Of a stretch of 64,000 nucleotides of DNA, positions 40,119 to 52,840 are shown one piece after another. This DNA is from Octopus sinensis (taxonomy: Eukaryota). Numbering within the stretch: the stretch's first letter is position 1; every line of letters begins with the position of its first letter. The notes under the pieces were generated by a model. It did not search any database and was not told the origin of the DNA. It saw only the letters and a list, made by a program, of their open reading frames with translations. The position numbers were made by a program, and so were the translations under genes. Location of the stretch: positions 6,820,001-6,884,000 of the forward strand of contig NC_043004.1 in the NCBI RefSeq assembly GCF_006345805.1, given 5' to 3'.

Positions 40119-40942
40119 CTTGAGTTGAGTGAGGGAGCAGAGCAAATACCTGAATAGAGTAAGGGACCCAAATGTAGATTAAACTCTTACTCATCAATGG
40201 CTGACACACTCTTGTCTCAAACCAGAAACTGAGGATTAGTCCCTTCGAACTAAGAATTACCAGAGTAATGTTTTGAAACTTGAAAGCAGCCCATTGTGCT
40301 GCATATGCGGAGAACATCTAGAGACAATCGACCACGTAACCTTGGTATGCAGCCAACAGGCACTAACAGATTACTTGCAAAGATATAACAGAGCAGCTCT
40401 GTACATGCACTGGTCAATATTCCGCATGTGCAACATCCCTCACAAGGAAAATTGGTGGGAGCACAAACCACCGCAAGTTGTGCAGAATGCAGAAGTTACC
40501 ATCCTTTGGGATTTCGGTGTTCAGACTGATCAGGAAATATAGACTAAATGATTATCATTGATTGATGTTGCAGCCCCAACTGACAAAAACATCTCTGAAA
40601 ATGCTTAAGAAATTGAGAAAATATAAGGACCAGCAGATTGAAAACATCTCAAAGCAACATTAACCACTGTTATGGGGGAACTTGGAATAATATCAGGAGG
40701 AGCAAACAAATATGCAGGCCAAATCCCTAGCAGCCCCAAAGTAAGGGAATTGCAAAAGATCATACTTATGGATACTTCACATATGCTACATAAATTCCTC
40801 TCCATGCAAAATGCAACCACATGCATTCAGTGAGGGTTTGGTTTTTTTCTACAGACATCAATTCTAACATGCGTCTTATCTATTAGTATGCAAAATCTCC
40901 TTGTCCTTTGATGCCTTGTATAAATAAAGCAAAGCCAAAACA
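40119..40942 (+). mobile_element. Dong/R4-clade non-LTR retrotransposon, 3' fragment, dead
   Basis: WL..LKPETE, CCHC knuckle C.IC..LETIDHV..C, WEHKPP.VV.N.EVTILWDF.VQTD, IDVAAP and EKYKD of the restriction-like endonuclease. The PD motif is deleted and stops are present. Flanked by (TAA)n on both sides. Confidence 0.85.
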
Positions 40943-40959
40943 TAATAATAATGATAATA

Positions 40960-41400
40960 ACCCTTTCTACTAAAAGCACAAGGCTTTTAATTTGAGGGGA
41001 GGGGACTAGTCAATTACATCGACCCCAGTGTTTCACTGGTACTCAATTTATTGAGCCCGAAAGGAAGTAAAGCTAAGTTGACCATGGTAGAATTTGAACT
41101 CAGAATGTAAAGATGGACAAAATACCACTAAACATTTTGCCTGGCATGCTAACAATTCTGCCAGCTCACCACCACCGTAATAATAATAATAATAATGATT
41201 TCCAATTTTGGCACATGGCCAGCAATTCCGAGGGAGCATGTAAGTCGATTACATCGACCCCAATGCTCAACCGGTACTTATTTTATCAACCCTGAAAGCA
41301 TGAAAAGTAAAGTCGACCTTGGCGGAATTTGAAATCAGAAACTAAAGACCTCTAAGCATTTTGCCTGGCATGCTAACGATTCTGCCAGCTTACCGCCTTA
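40960..41400 (-). mobile_element. Two tandem SINE family-1 copies
   Basis: About 40960-41178 and 41200-41400, separated by (TAA)n. Confidence 0.85.
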
Positions 41401-42199
41401 ATTATAATAATCCAGCATCCTCAGACTGGTATTTTAATGAACAGTGAAAGTAAATTTAAAAACTATATTAAATAAGCAATGTAATTATTTCATAACATCA
41501 GTATGTATGTGCGTGTGTATGTGTGTGTGTGTGTGGATGTGTACTTACATATATTAATAAACAATTCTACTGACCAATACAATTGATGACCAGATTTAAC
41601 CAAACCTCTGTTGTTCAAATTTAGATAAAATTCTGCATTTTGATTCAATTTAAAACTGAAATTATTTCTATTTCAAAACCTTCTGTGGGAAGAAATTTTA
41701 GATTGAACATCTGAGGACTAAATTTGTGCAGGTATTTATTATAAGACTATCCTTGGCGCAGAAATTAAATACTAACAACCAATTGGTAGACAACTATAAC
41801 TAATGGAAGAAATTTGATAAATAACAAATTGTAGATTAAAAAGACTGAACTGTATTAGAAATATCTCTACTAGAATATGATTGTGTGGCGGAAAGACAAT
41901 GAATAAGAATGGAAAGTTTCTTTCTTTTTTTTTTAATAGAGAAGAAAGAAAGAAAAATTAAGAAGAAAAAAAACATTATGCTGGTAAAGAAACATTTTGT
42001 GCATATATAAGGTAATGTAATAGCTTTATGAAAAACATGCAGAGTTCATGCAAGCAGATACCATGAAAACGTCAGAGAAGGAAAAAGGAGAGATATGGCT
42101 TAGCAATGTTAAAATGAGTTATACTGAGTGCAAAGGTTAGAATCTAAAAAACAATAACAAAACTAAACAAAACATAATATTCAAGAAGCATAATGTGCA

Positions 42200-42640
42200 A
42201 AATATACAGCATTTTAGTCGCAGCTATTGTATGGTTGAAATTATGGTCAGAATCAAATAATTGGATCAAGAATATAGGAACTATTTTGTCAACTAGAATA
42301 AATGTATGTGAGAGAAGAGAAAGAAATTTCATTCCCGAAGATAGTAAAGATGCAATGGCTGGATACTTGATATATAAATGTGCAGCTGTCATGACTAACA
42401 AGTGATTCTTAGCATAAAATGCTCGGTGCTCTAGAGACAGGCATGGAAAGAAGTCAAGAATTACAATATTTAACAACTGCAAAAAGGGAATCTATTGTTT
42501 ATCCTTTCCACATTCTAAGCCTTCTATGACTAAAGCATTTAAGTGTGGCTGATTAATGGTTGATGTGGCAAGAGCAGGCCAAAGAAGACAATAAAGGAAT
42601 TAAACTATGCAAGACATTAAGGAATGGTGCCTAAATAAAG
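42200..42640 (+). mobile_element. Possible decayed LINE C-terminal remnant
   Basis: Weak resemblance only (YGSES-like and GRPKK-like fragments in broken frames). Confidence 0.2.
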
Positions 42641-44731
42641 AAACTCAGTCAGTGAGAAATATTTAGCTTGAATACCTTTTAGCTTGACATTTGCAAGAAA
42701 AACAATATTTATTAAAAAATCTGATCATAAAACAAAGCTGCCAAAATCGAAGAGCAAATTAGAACTGGAGGGTTATAAAGACACAATATTTTAAAATTGT
42801 GTGTTTTTTTCAGGTTTTTATACTGAACAATAAGTCTTTAGTTTGTCTCAACAATGCTGGAATTATGCATGTTGAATAAACACAGATGCTTCAGCAATGT
42901 GGTGGGGACTCTTAGCATTGCAGGAGATAAAAAATAAAAGCCACACTAGTGCTTGTGTCACAATGAAATGCACCCAGAATATTCTGTAAAATGGTTGAGG
43001 ATTGAGCAGAATCAACACCAGGTAGCAAGATCCCTTCAATCTTAGATTGCTTCTAAAAGTTGAAGGTGTCCTTAGATGTCAGAATATATGAAATACATGA
43101 AATAGTGCACACCACTATCTGTCATTATCTGTCTGAGACTTGCTCTGTTATTATAGTAAATAAAAGTTATAATTGATTATACAAACTAGTAAATATAACA
43201 ATTTCAGTTAGTGCCTACTAAGATGCAGTAACTACGATCAATATATTTAATATGTTCCGTGATGTCAATTTTGGAGACTTGGATGTGTATGAATAGCTTG
43301 GTTAAAGTTTAATAATTTTCACCGAAATTGACTTAATATTTTATTCCCCATATTTCAGAAGTTGATTAAGTTTTCATTCTTGAGTTATAATAATTACACA
43401 AGAGTATTTAACAGAAATAAAATTATAACATGGGAAAATGCATGTATCCATGTGTGTTCATGCATGCCTATTTTTTAAAAATTTGTCTCCATTTTTAAAC
43501 TATTCTAACCATGAAAAAATCAAACAGAAAAGTATGTGGAATACTAAAACTAGAGTGAAAAAGTGTTTAAGAAAATATATTATAGAGATATTATTAAGGA
43601 CGATCCATAAAGTGTTGGGTAATATTCTCAAGAAATTTTGAAATAAGACACATTAGAGCTAGAGATATTCATTTTAACAGTAATTGTTAATTTTTTAATT
43701 CTTTTCTTTAATCAACATCTCTATCTTAACATCAGTTGTTCTATGTATTTGAATTGGATGTTCTTATTTTTGAAATTGGTATTGCTGTCATCCAAGGTTA
43801 TACTGTTTTTTTTTCTCTTCATTACCTTATATTCTGATAACCATCAATTGATAATATAAAAATTTTCAAAAAAAAAAAACACAAAGTTATGGCAAGATGG
43901 TGTCTTAAAGAAATCAAAGGCACACTGGATGAAATAGTCTCAGATATACTAAATCAGAAAAAAAAATAATAAATAAATAATGGACTGATCGTGGCTGGAA
44001 TGCCTTTGATCATAGGTCTGTTTAAATCAGGATTGAGTGAGGGCCAAACAACAACTTGTCCAATCCACTCTTGGCTATAGGAAACTCCTAGCATTCTTCG
44101 TTCTATCATGGATAATATTCTTAAAATGGCTGCCACTAACTGTTAGGCACTCCTGATTCTTTGTTTCCAGCAAAGCATAACCAGATCGACAGCTGTACAG
44201 CCATTGCATTAGTAATACACTGTGAGTTATACTCACAATTCCCAACTTTCTGGACAGTGTGTGTATGCCTGTATGTGTATGTTGTATGTATATTGATATA
44301 TATATAATATATATATATATATATAAATAAATATATATATTGCCACTAACAGAGCATTTCTCTTCTACCAATGATAATAATCTTGACGATTAACCCCTAC
44401 CTTCTACCTCATACTCATGCAACGCTAACTTCCTGTCGTGTGATCAACGCCCATCTCCATTTTACATTGCAAGCAGGCAACATTCTTTTTTTTTTTCTTT
44501 TCTACTTTTGTACATACAGAGCCATAGCGAATGCTGCATGACTCATGCTTGCCTTTTTCTCTCTCTACAAAATCTTTCCTGAAGATGACTGCAAGAATGG
44601 TCAAGGGATTGAAACCCAGTTCAGTATAATGTTGGCACAACATCCCCATTTGCTCTAATCATTATCTGAAACGTGGTTAAAGCTAAATAGAATATAGATT
44701 AAAACAACAGTAGCAAATTTTTCAGCTCAAC

Positions 44732-44764
<33 letters not shown>

Positions 44765-45069
44765 GATATATATATATATATTATATATATTGATGTATAT
44801 ATATATATATTTATGTATATATATAATATATATGTATATATATGTATGTATTTATTTAACCAGCTAATACATATACAATAGTAAACATTTTGACAATTTG
44901 AAATAAATGAAAGTGTTTTTGAAGCATACAATATAAACATTGTGAACAATTTCAGACAAAGACTGTATGTGTGTATGCGCATGTATGAGACACTAAGATA
45001 ATGTTTAAAAGTAAATATACTTTCATTTAATGTTCTGATACCATTGATAAAAGAATAGGAACCTTTTAG

Positions 45070-45865
45070 TATTCTTTTCTGCTTTAAGCACAAGGCCCGA
45101 AATTTTTAGGGGTGGGGACAGTCGATTAGATTGACCCTAGTATGCAACTGGTACTTAATTTATTGACCCTGAAAGGATGAAAGGTTAAATATTCTTTTCT
45201 ACTCTAGGCACAAGGCCCAAAATTTTGGGGGGAGGGGACCAGTCAATTAGACTGACTCCAGTATGCAACTGGTACTTAATTTATCGACCCCGAAAGGATG
45301 AAAGGCAAAGTCAACCTCGGAAGAATTTGAACTCAGAACATAAAGACAGATGAAATACTGCTAAGCATTTCACCTGGCATGCTAACGTTTCTGCTAGCTC
45401 GCCATCTTAGAAACCTTTTGATATTAAATGTGCAATGAATTTCAGAAAATCAAATAATCAAATAAGAAGGCCTTGTTATTATCTATAAACAATGATGAAA
45501 TGAAAATTTATCAAAGTTAGCAGTCACAAATTTTAAAAACCTCCTTCAATTTCAGATTAAATTACATTGAAAACAGCATAAAACACACTCAAGAGGTTTC
45601 AAAAGAGAGATACTATTAGAATAGTCAATATTAGATATGGGAATGGGAACAGGATGGCCAGATGGCAGAACTGTTGGCATGCCTAGCAAAATGCATTGCA
45701 GCATTCTGTCTGTCTTTACATTCTAAGTTCAAATTCCACTGAAGTCGACTTTGCCTTTCGTCCTTTCAGGGTCAATAAAATAAGTACCAGTTGAGTACTG
45801 AGGTCGATGTAATCGACTAGCTCCCTCCCCTGAACTTGCTGGCCTTGTGCCAAAATTTGAAATCA
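45070..45865. mobile_element. SINE family-1 cluster: minus copies at about 45070-45185 and 45190-45410, plus copy at about 45652-45865
   Basis: Family-1 head and core motifs in both orientations. Confidence 0.85.
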
Positions 45866-48800
45866 ATATTACATATGGTAATGTTATTATTGATTTAGTA
45901 ATTTAACAAGAAATATTTTAAAACAAATATATACACATGGTGGGCTTCTTTCAGTTTCCATCTCCCAAATCCACCAACAAGGCTTTGGTCAGCCCAGGGA
46001 TATAGTAGCAGACACTTGCCAAGGTCATCATCATCATCGTTTTAATGTCTACTTATCGATGCTTGCATGGGTCAAACAGAATTTGTTGTGGTGGATTGCC
46101 CGAGGCTGCATGCTCTTCCTGCTGCCAATCCTCATCTGTACAATAACGTTTCTCCATGGCCCAACACGTATCACTTAAGTTTGGAAATGAAGGACATCGC
46201 TTGTATAATGGTGACACTCACTTACAATTATCGCATTATGTCAAAACAAGGAAACAATAACACACACACACATTTTATATACAGTACTCCCTCAATTATC
46301 ACAGGTGTGAGGTTCCATCACCCCCACTAAAGATGAAAATCTGTGAAGTAGAAATAGTACTGTATATTTTTTTTTTATTATTTTCATAATTTGTATATAT
46401 TTATCATAAATGCAAAACAACACCACAGAAAAAAATCGACATAAGCTTAAACAATAAACGATGATAGATGAACTACAATACGGCGAGGGATAACTGTATA
46501 TGAATTGTTATTAATCCAAACAAGTGGAGGAATAGAAGAAACGAAGTTGATAATGAACAGAGAATATCTTAGAATTAATTTAAATATACACGGAAGCTGG
46601 AAGCGGGATAATAATGTAAGCCTACACTTAACCACATTCAAGAAAATAAACACGTTTTTAAGAACAAAACACATGGAGTCAAAAAGAAACACTATCTTTC
46701 ACTAGCACACCGGAGTCAGCACTGCATGAACCACAGTGCTCTCTCTTCCTAGTGTGAAGTTTCCTATCTCGGACATGTGAACATGTGCACAACAGCGAGA
46801 CACTGCGTCGCTGGAACCTTGAAGAGCACAGTTCTATACAAAGATTTTTGTATTTTTTTCATAAACTAGATGGCTACTGACGTTTATATAATTTAAATAT
46901 ACTTTATATAATTTAAATATACTTTAAATATAGGAATACATTATATGAATGATGAGGTTTTTTTTTTTTTTATTTCCATCAAACAAATCCAAGGCATTGG
47001 TTGATTTGGGGCTGCAGCACAAGATACCTACACGCCACAGGTGCCATGCAGTGGGAGTGAACCTGAAGCCAAATGGTTGGGAAGCAAATTTCTTAACCAC
47101 ACAGTTATACCAACTACTAAAAAGCAAACAATGATTATAGGAATCTAGAAACTTAAGTTGGAAGTTTTAATAAAAAAGTACCCATTCACCTGAAGCAAAA
47201 TAATACAACCAAGTTTCAATATTTCATTTAACTTTATATCATAAAGCTATTCACAGTAACAATAACAGTAAATAATGAGCTTTATTATAAGATAAATCCC
47301 TTTTATAAGCATTAATCTTAGGTATTAGCTCCCCTACACAATAAATGTCAGATATAATGAGGATCTGTCTGTACATTCTGTTCAAATAATAAACGACCAT
47401 TAAATCAATCACATTCCTAATGGATTTTAAACCTTGAATTCAGTATCCTCCTCATACAAATTTTGACTGTTCAGAAAAATTAAAAACTAGGTCATCAGTA
47501 AAGAAGTTTTATCTATCCACAGGCATGGCTTTGTAGTTGACAAATTTGCTTCCCAACTAAATGGTTTCAGGTTCAGTACCACTGCACATCTTCCACTTAT
47601 AACCTTAAGCTGACCAAAGCCTTGTGAGTGGATCTGATATGCAGAAATTTAAAGAAGACAGTCATCATCGTCCTGACAGGGATTGGACAGTTCGACATGA
47701 ACAGATGAGCCAAAGTGCTGTGCCATGCTCTGGTGTTTGCTTTGATATTTTCTACAGCTAGATGTTCTTCATAGCATCAACCACATCACAGAGAGTTTTT
47801 AGTGCATTTTTCATGGCACCAGCATTAGTGAGGTCACCAAGTATCTGTAAGACAAAACACCCCTCAACTGTATAGGGTATAATATTGAGGGATGAGAAAG
47901 TGTGATGGAAGGACTAGAGCAGGTGTGTGTATGTTTGTGCCTCCTTGTCTAGACATCACATGATAGGTGTTAATGTGTCACTGTCATTAATGTCCAGTAT
48001 TCTAAAGAAACATGTCTGATGATAGGGAGATATTACCTTATTTGGAAACAGATGAGGGTTGGTGACAGGTAAGGCATAGAAAATCTGCCTTGATAGTTTG
48101 TCCAACCCATGCAAGCATGGAAAAGTGGACGTTATGATGATGATGAGGATGATGATAATGAAAAAGAATATATAAGTACTGAACTTAGTATTGTAAGACT
48201 CTTGTCCAGAGTGCTCTACTGCCCTCACAATAACTGAACTATAAATAATCAAATCTGTTTCTCAGAAATTGATGGTAAGAAATGTAAAAGTTTATGTTAA
48301 GTTTAAGCCTGTTATTCCATGCTTGGCACAGAAATAAGTAGCTGTTTTTAAATTGTCAAATAGGGAAAGAGAAAAAAAAAGTCTTAGAAATGTCAAAACA
48401 AAAAAATGTTGAGTATGTTTAATCACATCTATTCATTCTGTTTGTGCTTGGTGCTATGTTTTTGGTAGAAAATAACAGAATAGATTTTCTTCAAAAACTC
48501 ACAATACCTTATAAATGAGCAAAAGCAGTTTTAAATAATTCACCATGAATGAACAATGCTGAAATAGCTTCTTTTTTATTCTTTTAGTGAAGACAAGAAT
48601 GACATCACAGTAAAAATACGGCAAAATGTTTTACCATTGTGAAGCTAAAGCAGCAAATTTTAAAATAGGAACATTTCTTAAATTAACTCAAAATAACAAC
48701 ACTACTAAATGGTTGAAGAGTGCTATAATTTGTGTAAGTATACTATTACTATTGTTTTTCTTCAATAAAGTTTTACAAAAAGTAAATATCTAAATAATGC

Positions 48801-49723
48801 TGTTAAAAGTTTAGATAATTTACTTTAACATCTCAAACTGAAAATATTTGTTATCCAAAATCTTTCATCTGCAGAGTAAGGAACAGCTTTGCTGACAATT
48901 TATTAAAGTGCTTTGTTGTTGTCGGTGGTGTTGTTATTGCAAAATCACTAAATGATCAGAAAAGCAAAGCTGCATCATTATCTTAAATTCTAATACAATA
49001 TAGAGTCTGTTCAACAAAAGAAATCTACACTTAGACTAAAGAAGTTATCATACAAATCAGACGTATTATATGGCAGCTGTCTGGTAAGAGGAACACAGCT
49101 TGCCAACCTGGAAACTGTAAGCACACACACACACAATCACAGAGATCCTTCCCATGTCATACAAACTCATAGGGCCAGTTTCCCAATTTTTGTGGTTCAG
49201 GATGCCAGTCCATCACAGAAATACTCATACTTGCCAGCTGAGTGGACCAGACGAAGTAACATGAAATGAAGTGTTTTGCTCAAGAACACAAAAACATCAC
49301 TCAATCTTATGATAATGATTCCAACACCCTAACCACTATGCCATGCATCTCCATAAAAGCATGGAAAAAAATCAACCAAAGTGAGATATGAGGACAGAAT
49401 GTAAAGAGCTGAAATAGTTGCCACAATATATTTTTGACCGAAACTAACAGTTTGACAAATCTCTTTCATTACACACCATTTTCATCTTTTAACATCCACC
49501 TTTCCATGCTTTGATGTATCAGTATTTTTTGAAGCAGATTTTCCACAGCCAGAAGCCTTTCCTGCTGCCAACCCTCACCTTTTTACCAAGAAAGATAATA
49601 TTTTTTCATGGCCAGACAGGTTTTCCAAGGAAGACTACAAACAAAAAACATTGCTTGAAGAACATTGATGCTCATTGACAACCATCATGTAATGTTGAGA
49701 CAAGGGTACACACACGCACAAGT

Positions 49724-49769
<46 letters not shown>

Positions 49770-49973
49770 AGTTTTTGTCTACCAAACCTTTGGTTGGCCC
49801 AAAGCTATAGTACAAGACATTTGCCCAAGATGCTGCACAGTGGAACTGAACCTGAAACCACATGGTTGTGAAGCAAGCTTCTTAACCACAAAGCCACGCA
49901 TACAATCAATTAGAAGTTAGGGGAATATCTATTTAGAGATACTATGTACACTACATTCCAATGCATATTTCAA

Positions 49974-52840
49974 TCATCATCATCATCATCATCATCATTT
50001 AGCGTCCGTTTTCCATGCTAGCATGGGTTGGACGGTTCAACTGGGGTCTGGGGAGCCCGAAGGCTGCACCAGGCCAGTCAGATCTGGCAGTGTTTCTACA
50101 GCTGGATGCCCTTCCTAACGCCAACCACTCCGAGAGTGTAGTGGGTGATTTTATGTGCCACCGACACAGGTGCCAGACGAGGCTGGCGAACGGCCACGCT
50201 CGGATGGTGTTTTTATGTGCCACCGACACAGGTGCCAGACGAGGCTGGCAGACGGCCACGCTCGGATGGTGTTTTTATGTGCCACCGACACAGGTGCCAG
50301 ATGAGGCTGGCGGACGGCCACGATCGGATGGTGTTTGTTACGTCCCCAAAGCACGCAGGCCAGTCTATGCGGTACTGGCTACGGCCACGTTCGGATGATT
50401 TTCTTGTGTGCCACCGGCACTGGTACCACAAAGATACAAATTCCATTTATGTTCATCTATTTTGATTTGTTTTGATTTGATTTGATTTGATTTGATTTTC
50501 ACTTGCCTCAACAGGTCTTCACAAGTGTCACAAGAAGGAAGGTATGCATAGGTGGACTGTCTACGTCGCCGGGTCTTCGGATGGTGTCTTTATGTGCCAC
50601 CGACACAGGTGCCAGATGTGGCTGGCGAACGGCCACGATCGGATGGTTTTCTTGTGTGCCACCGGTACTGGAACCACAAAGATACAAATTCCATTGATGT
50701 TCATCTATTTTGATTTGGTTTGATTTCACTTGCCTCAACAGGTCTTCACAAGTGTCACGCGTGTCACACACTTGCCTCAACAGGTCTCCACAAGTGTCAC
50801 ACACTTGCCTCTGCCTCAACAGGTCTTCACAAAGTGTCACACACTTGCCTCTGCCTCAACAGGTCTTCACAAGTGTCATAAGAGGGAAGGTATGCACAGG
50901 TGGACTGACTACGTCGCCGGGTCTTTGGATGGTGTTTTTATGTGCCACCGACACAGGTGCCAGGTGAGGCTGGCGAACGGCCACGATCAGATGGTGTTTG
51001 TTGTGCCCACAGCATGGAGGCCAGTCGACGGCCACGTTCGGATGGTTTTCTTGTGTGCCACCGGTACTGGAACCACAAAGATACAAATTCCATTGATGTT
51101 CATCTATTTTGATTTGGTTTGATTTCACTTGCCTCAACAGGTCTTCACAAGTGTCACGCGTGTCACACACTTGCCTCAACAGGTCTCCACAAGTGTCACA
51201 CACTTGCCTCTGCCTCAACAGGTCTTCACAAAGTGTCACACACTTGCCTCAACAGGTCTTCACAAGTGTCATAAGAGGGAAGGTATGCACAGGTGGACTG
51301 ACTACGTCGCCGGGTCTTCGGATGGTGTCTTTATGTGCCACCGGCACAGGTGCCAGATGAGGCTGGCGAACGGCCACGATCGGATGGTGTGTGTTGTGCC
51401 CACAGCACGGAGGCCAGTCGATGCGGTACTGGTTACGGCCACGTTTGGGTGGTTTTCTTGTGTGCCACCGGCACTGGTACCACAAAGAATACAATTCCAC
51501 TGATGTTCATCTATTTTGATTTGTTTTGATTTGATTTGATTTTCACTTGCCTCAACGGGTCTTCATAAGTGTCACAAGAAGGAAGGTATGCACAGGACTG
51601 ACTACGTCCCCGGTCGGGGCCACGGGTTATGGCCTGACTAGTCTTGCCGGGTCTTCTCATGCACAGCATACTTCCATAGGTCTCGGTCTCTAGACATTTC
51701 CTTAGTGAGACCTAAAGTTCGAAGGTCGTGCTTCACCACCTCGTCCCAGGTTTTCCTGGGTCTACCTCTTCCACAGGTTCCCTCCACTGCTAGGGTGTAG
51801 CACTTTTGCACACAACTATCTTCAGCCTTTCTTGTCACATGACCATACCAGCGCAGCCGTCTCTCTTGCACGCCACAACTGACGCTTCTTAGGTTCAACT
51901 TTTCTCTCAAGGAACTTACACTCTGACGATTATGAACACTGACATTACACATCCATCGGAGCATACTGGCTTCATTTCTTGCGAGCTTACGCATATCCTC
52001 AGCAGTCACGGCCCATGTTTCACTACCATGTAGCATGGCTGTACGTACACATGCATCATACAGTCTGCCTTTTACTCTGAGCGAGAGGCCTTTTGTCACC
52101 AGCAGGGGTAAGAGCTCTCTAAACTTTGCCCAGGCTATTCTTACTCTAGCAGTTACACTTTCAGCACACCCACCCCCGCTACTGACTTGGTCTCCTAGGT
52201 AGCGGAAGCTATCAACTACTTCTAGTTTGTCTCCCTGGAACGTGGCAGAAGTTGGTCTCTGCATATTTCCAGTGTTTATTGCTCCTGAGCATTTGCCACA
52301 GACAAAAACTATTTTCCTAGTTAGCCTTCCTTTGACATTGCTGCACCTCTTATGTGTCCATAGCTTACACTTGGTGCATCTTATAGAGTTTCTACCTACA
52401 CCTTTTTTACAGATCGAGCAGGGCCATCTACCTGAAGGCGTTTGTGATTGATCTACCTTCCTACTTATTAGAACTTTGGTTTTGGCTAGGTTGATTCTAA
52501 GGCCCTTCGATTCTAATCCTTGTTTCCACACCTGAAACTTCTCCTCCAGTTCTGATAGTGACTCAGCAATTAGAGCAAGGTCATCAGCATAGAGGAGCTC
52601 CCAGGGGCAACCTGTCTTGAATTCCTCCGTTATTGCCTGGAGGACTATGATAAATAGGAGGGGACTGAGGACTGAACCTTGGTGGACCCCAACCTCTACC
52701 CGGAATTCTTCACTGTACTCGTTGCCAACCCTCACCTTACTAGCAGCGTCTCTGTACATGGCTTGCACAGCTCTCACCAACCATTCTTCTATCCCTAGTT
52801 TCCTCATTGACCACCAGATAAGGGACCGGGGGACCCTGTC
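49974..52840 (-). mobile_element. Young 5'-truncated RTE-clade LINE with a long repeat-expanded 3' UTR and (ATG)n tail
   Basis: Open RT frame starting DRVPRSLIWW, 3' UTR 51637-49995, (CAT)n on the plus strand at 49974-49996. No clear TSD seen. Confidence 0.93.
51638..52840 (-). CDS. RTE LINE reverse transcriptase, partial (about 400 aa uninterrupted), with an embedded PHD-type zinc finger
   Basis: GVHQGSVLSPLLF, YADD (52580-52591), GLRINLAKTK, FRYLG, MLHGSETW, GRGRPRKTW. C4HC3 motif at 52289-52420. No stops. Confidence 0.92.
   Translation of the reverse strand, partial: DRVPRSLIWWSMRKLGIEEWLVRAVQAMYRDAASKVRVGNEYSEEFRVEVGVHQGSVLSPLLFIIVLQAITEEFKTGCPWELLYADDLALIAESLSELEEKFQVWKQGLESKGLRINLAKTKVLISRKVDQSQTPSGRWPCSICKKGVGRNSIRCTKCKLWTHKRCSNVKGRLTRKIVFVCGKCSGAINTGNMQRPTSATFQGDKLEVVDSFRYLGDQVSSGGGCAESVTARVRIAWAKFRELLPLLVTKGLSLRVKGRLYDACVRTAMLHGSETWAVTAEDMRKLARNEASMLRWMCNVSVHNRQSVSSLREKLNLRSVSCGVQERRLRWYGHVTRKAEDSCVQKCYTLAVEGTCGRGRPRKTWDEVVKHDLRTLGLTKEMSRDRDLWKYAVHEKTRQD

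Noticed and set aside
43954-44136. WPSLNPDLN resembling the Tc1 transposase WP..SPDLNP motif
   Set aside because: No surrounding DDE context; the DNA resembles, in reverse orientation, the short dispersed repeat near 13270-13325.
44579-44625. CTGAAGA...GAAAC hammerhead-like spacing
   Set aside because: The TGAC/GTCA stem is displaced from GAAA by several nucleotides and stem I cannot form.
46770-46790. GGACATGTGAACATGTGC as a p53-type response element
   Set aside because: The CATG cores are 8 bp apart instead of 10 and the flanks mismatch the consensus.
50149-51560. Regularly spaced repeats superficially like a CRISPR array
   Set aside because: The units are contiguous tandem duplications without unique spacers, inside an RTE 3' UTR, and there are no cas genes.
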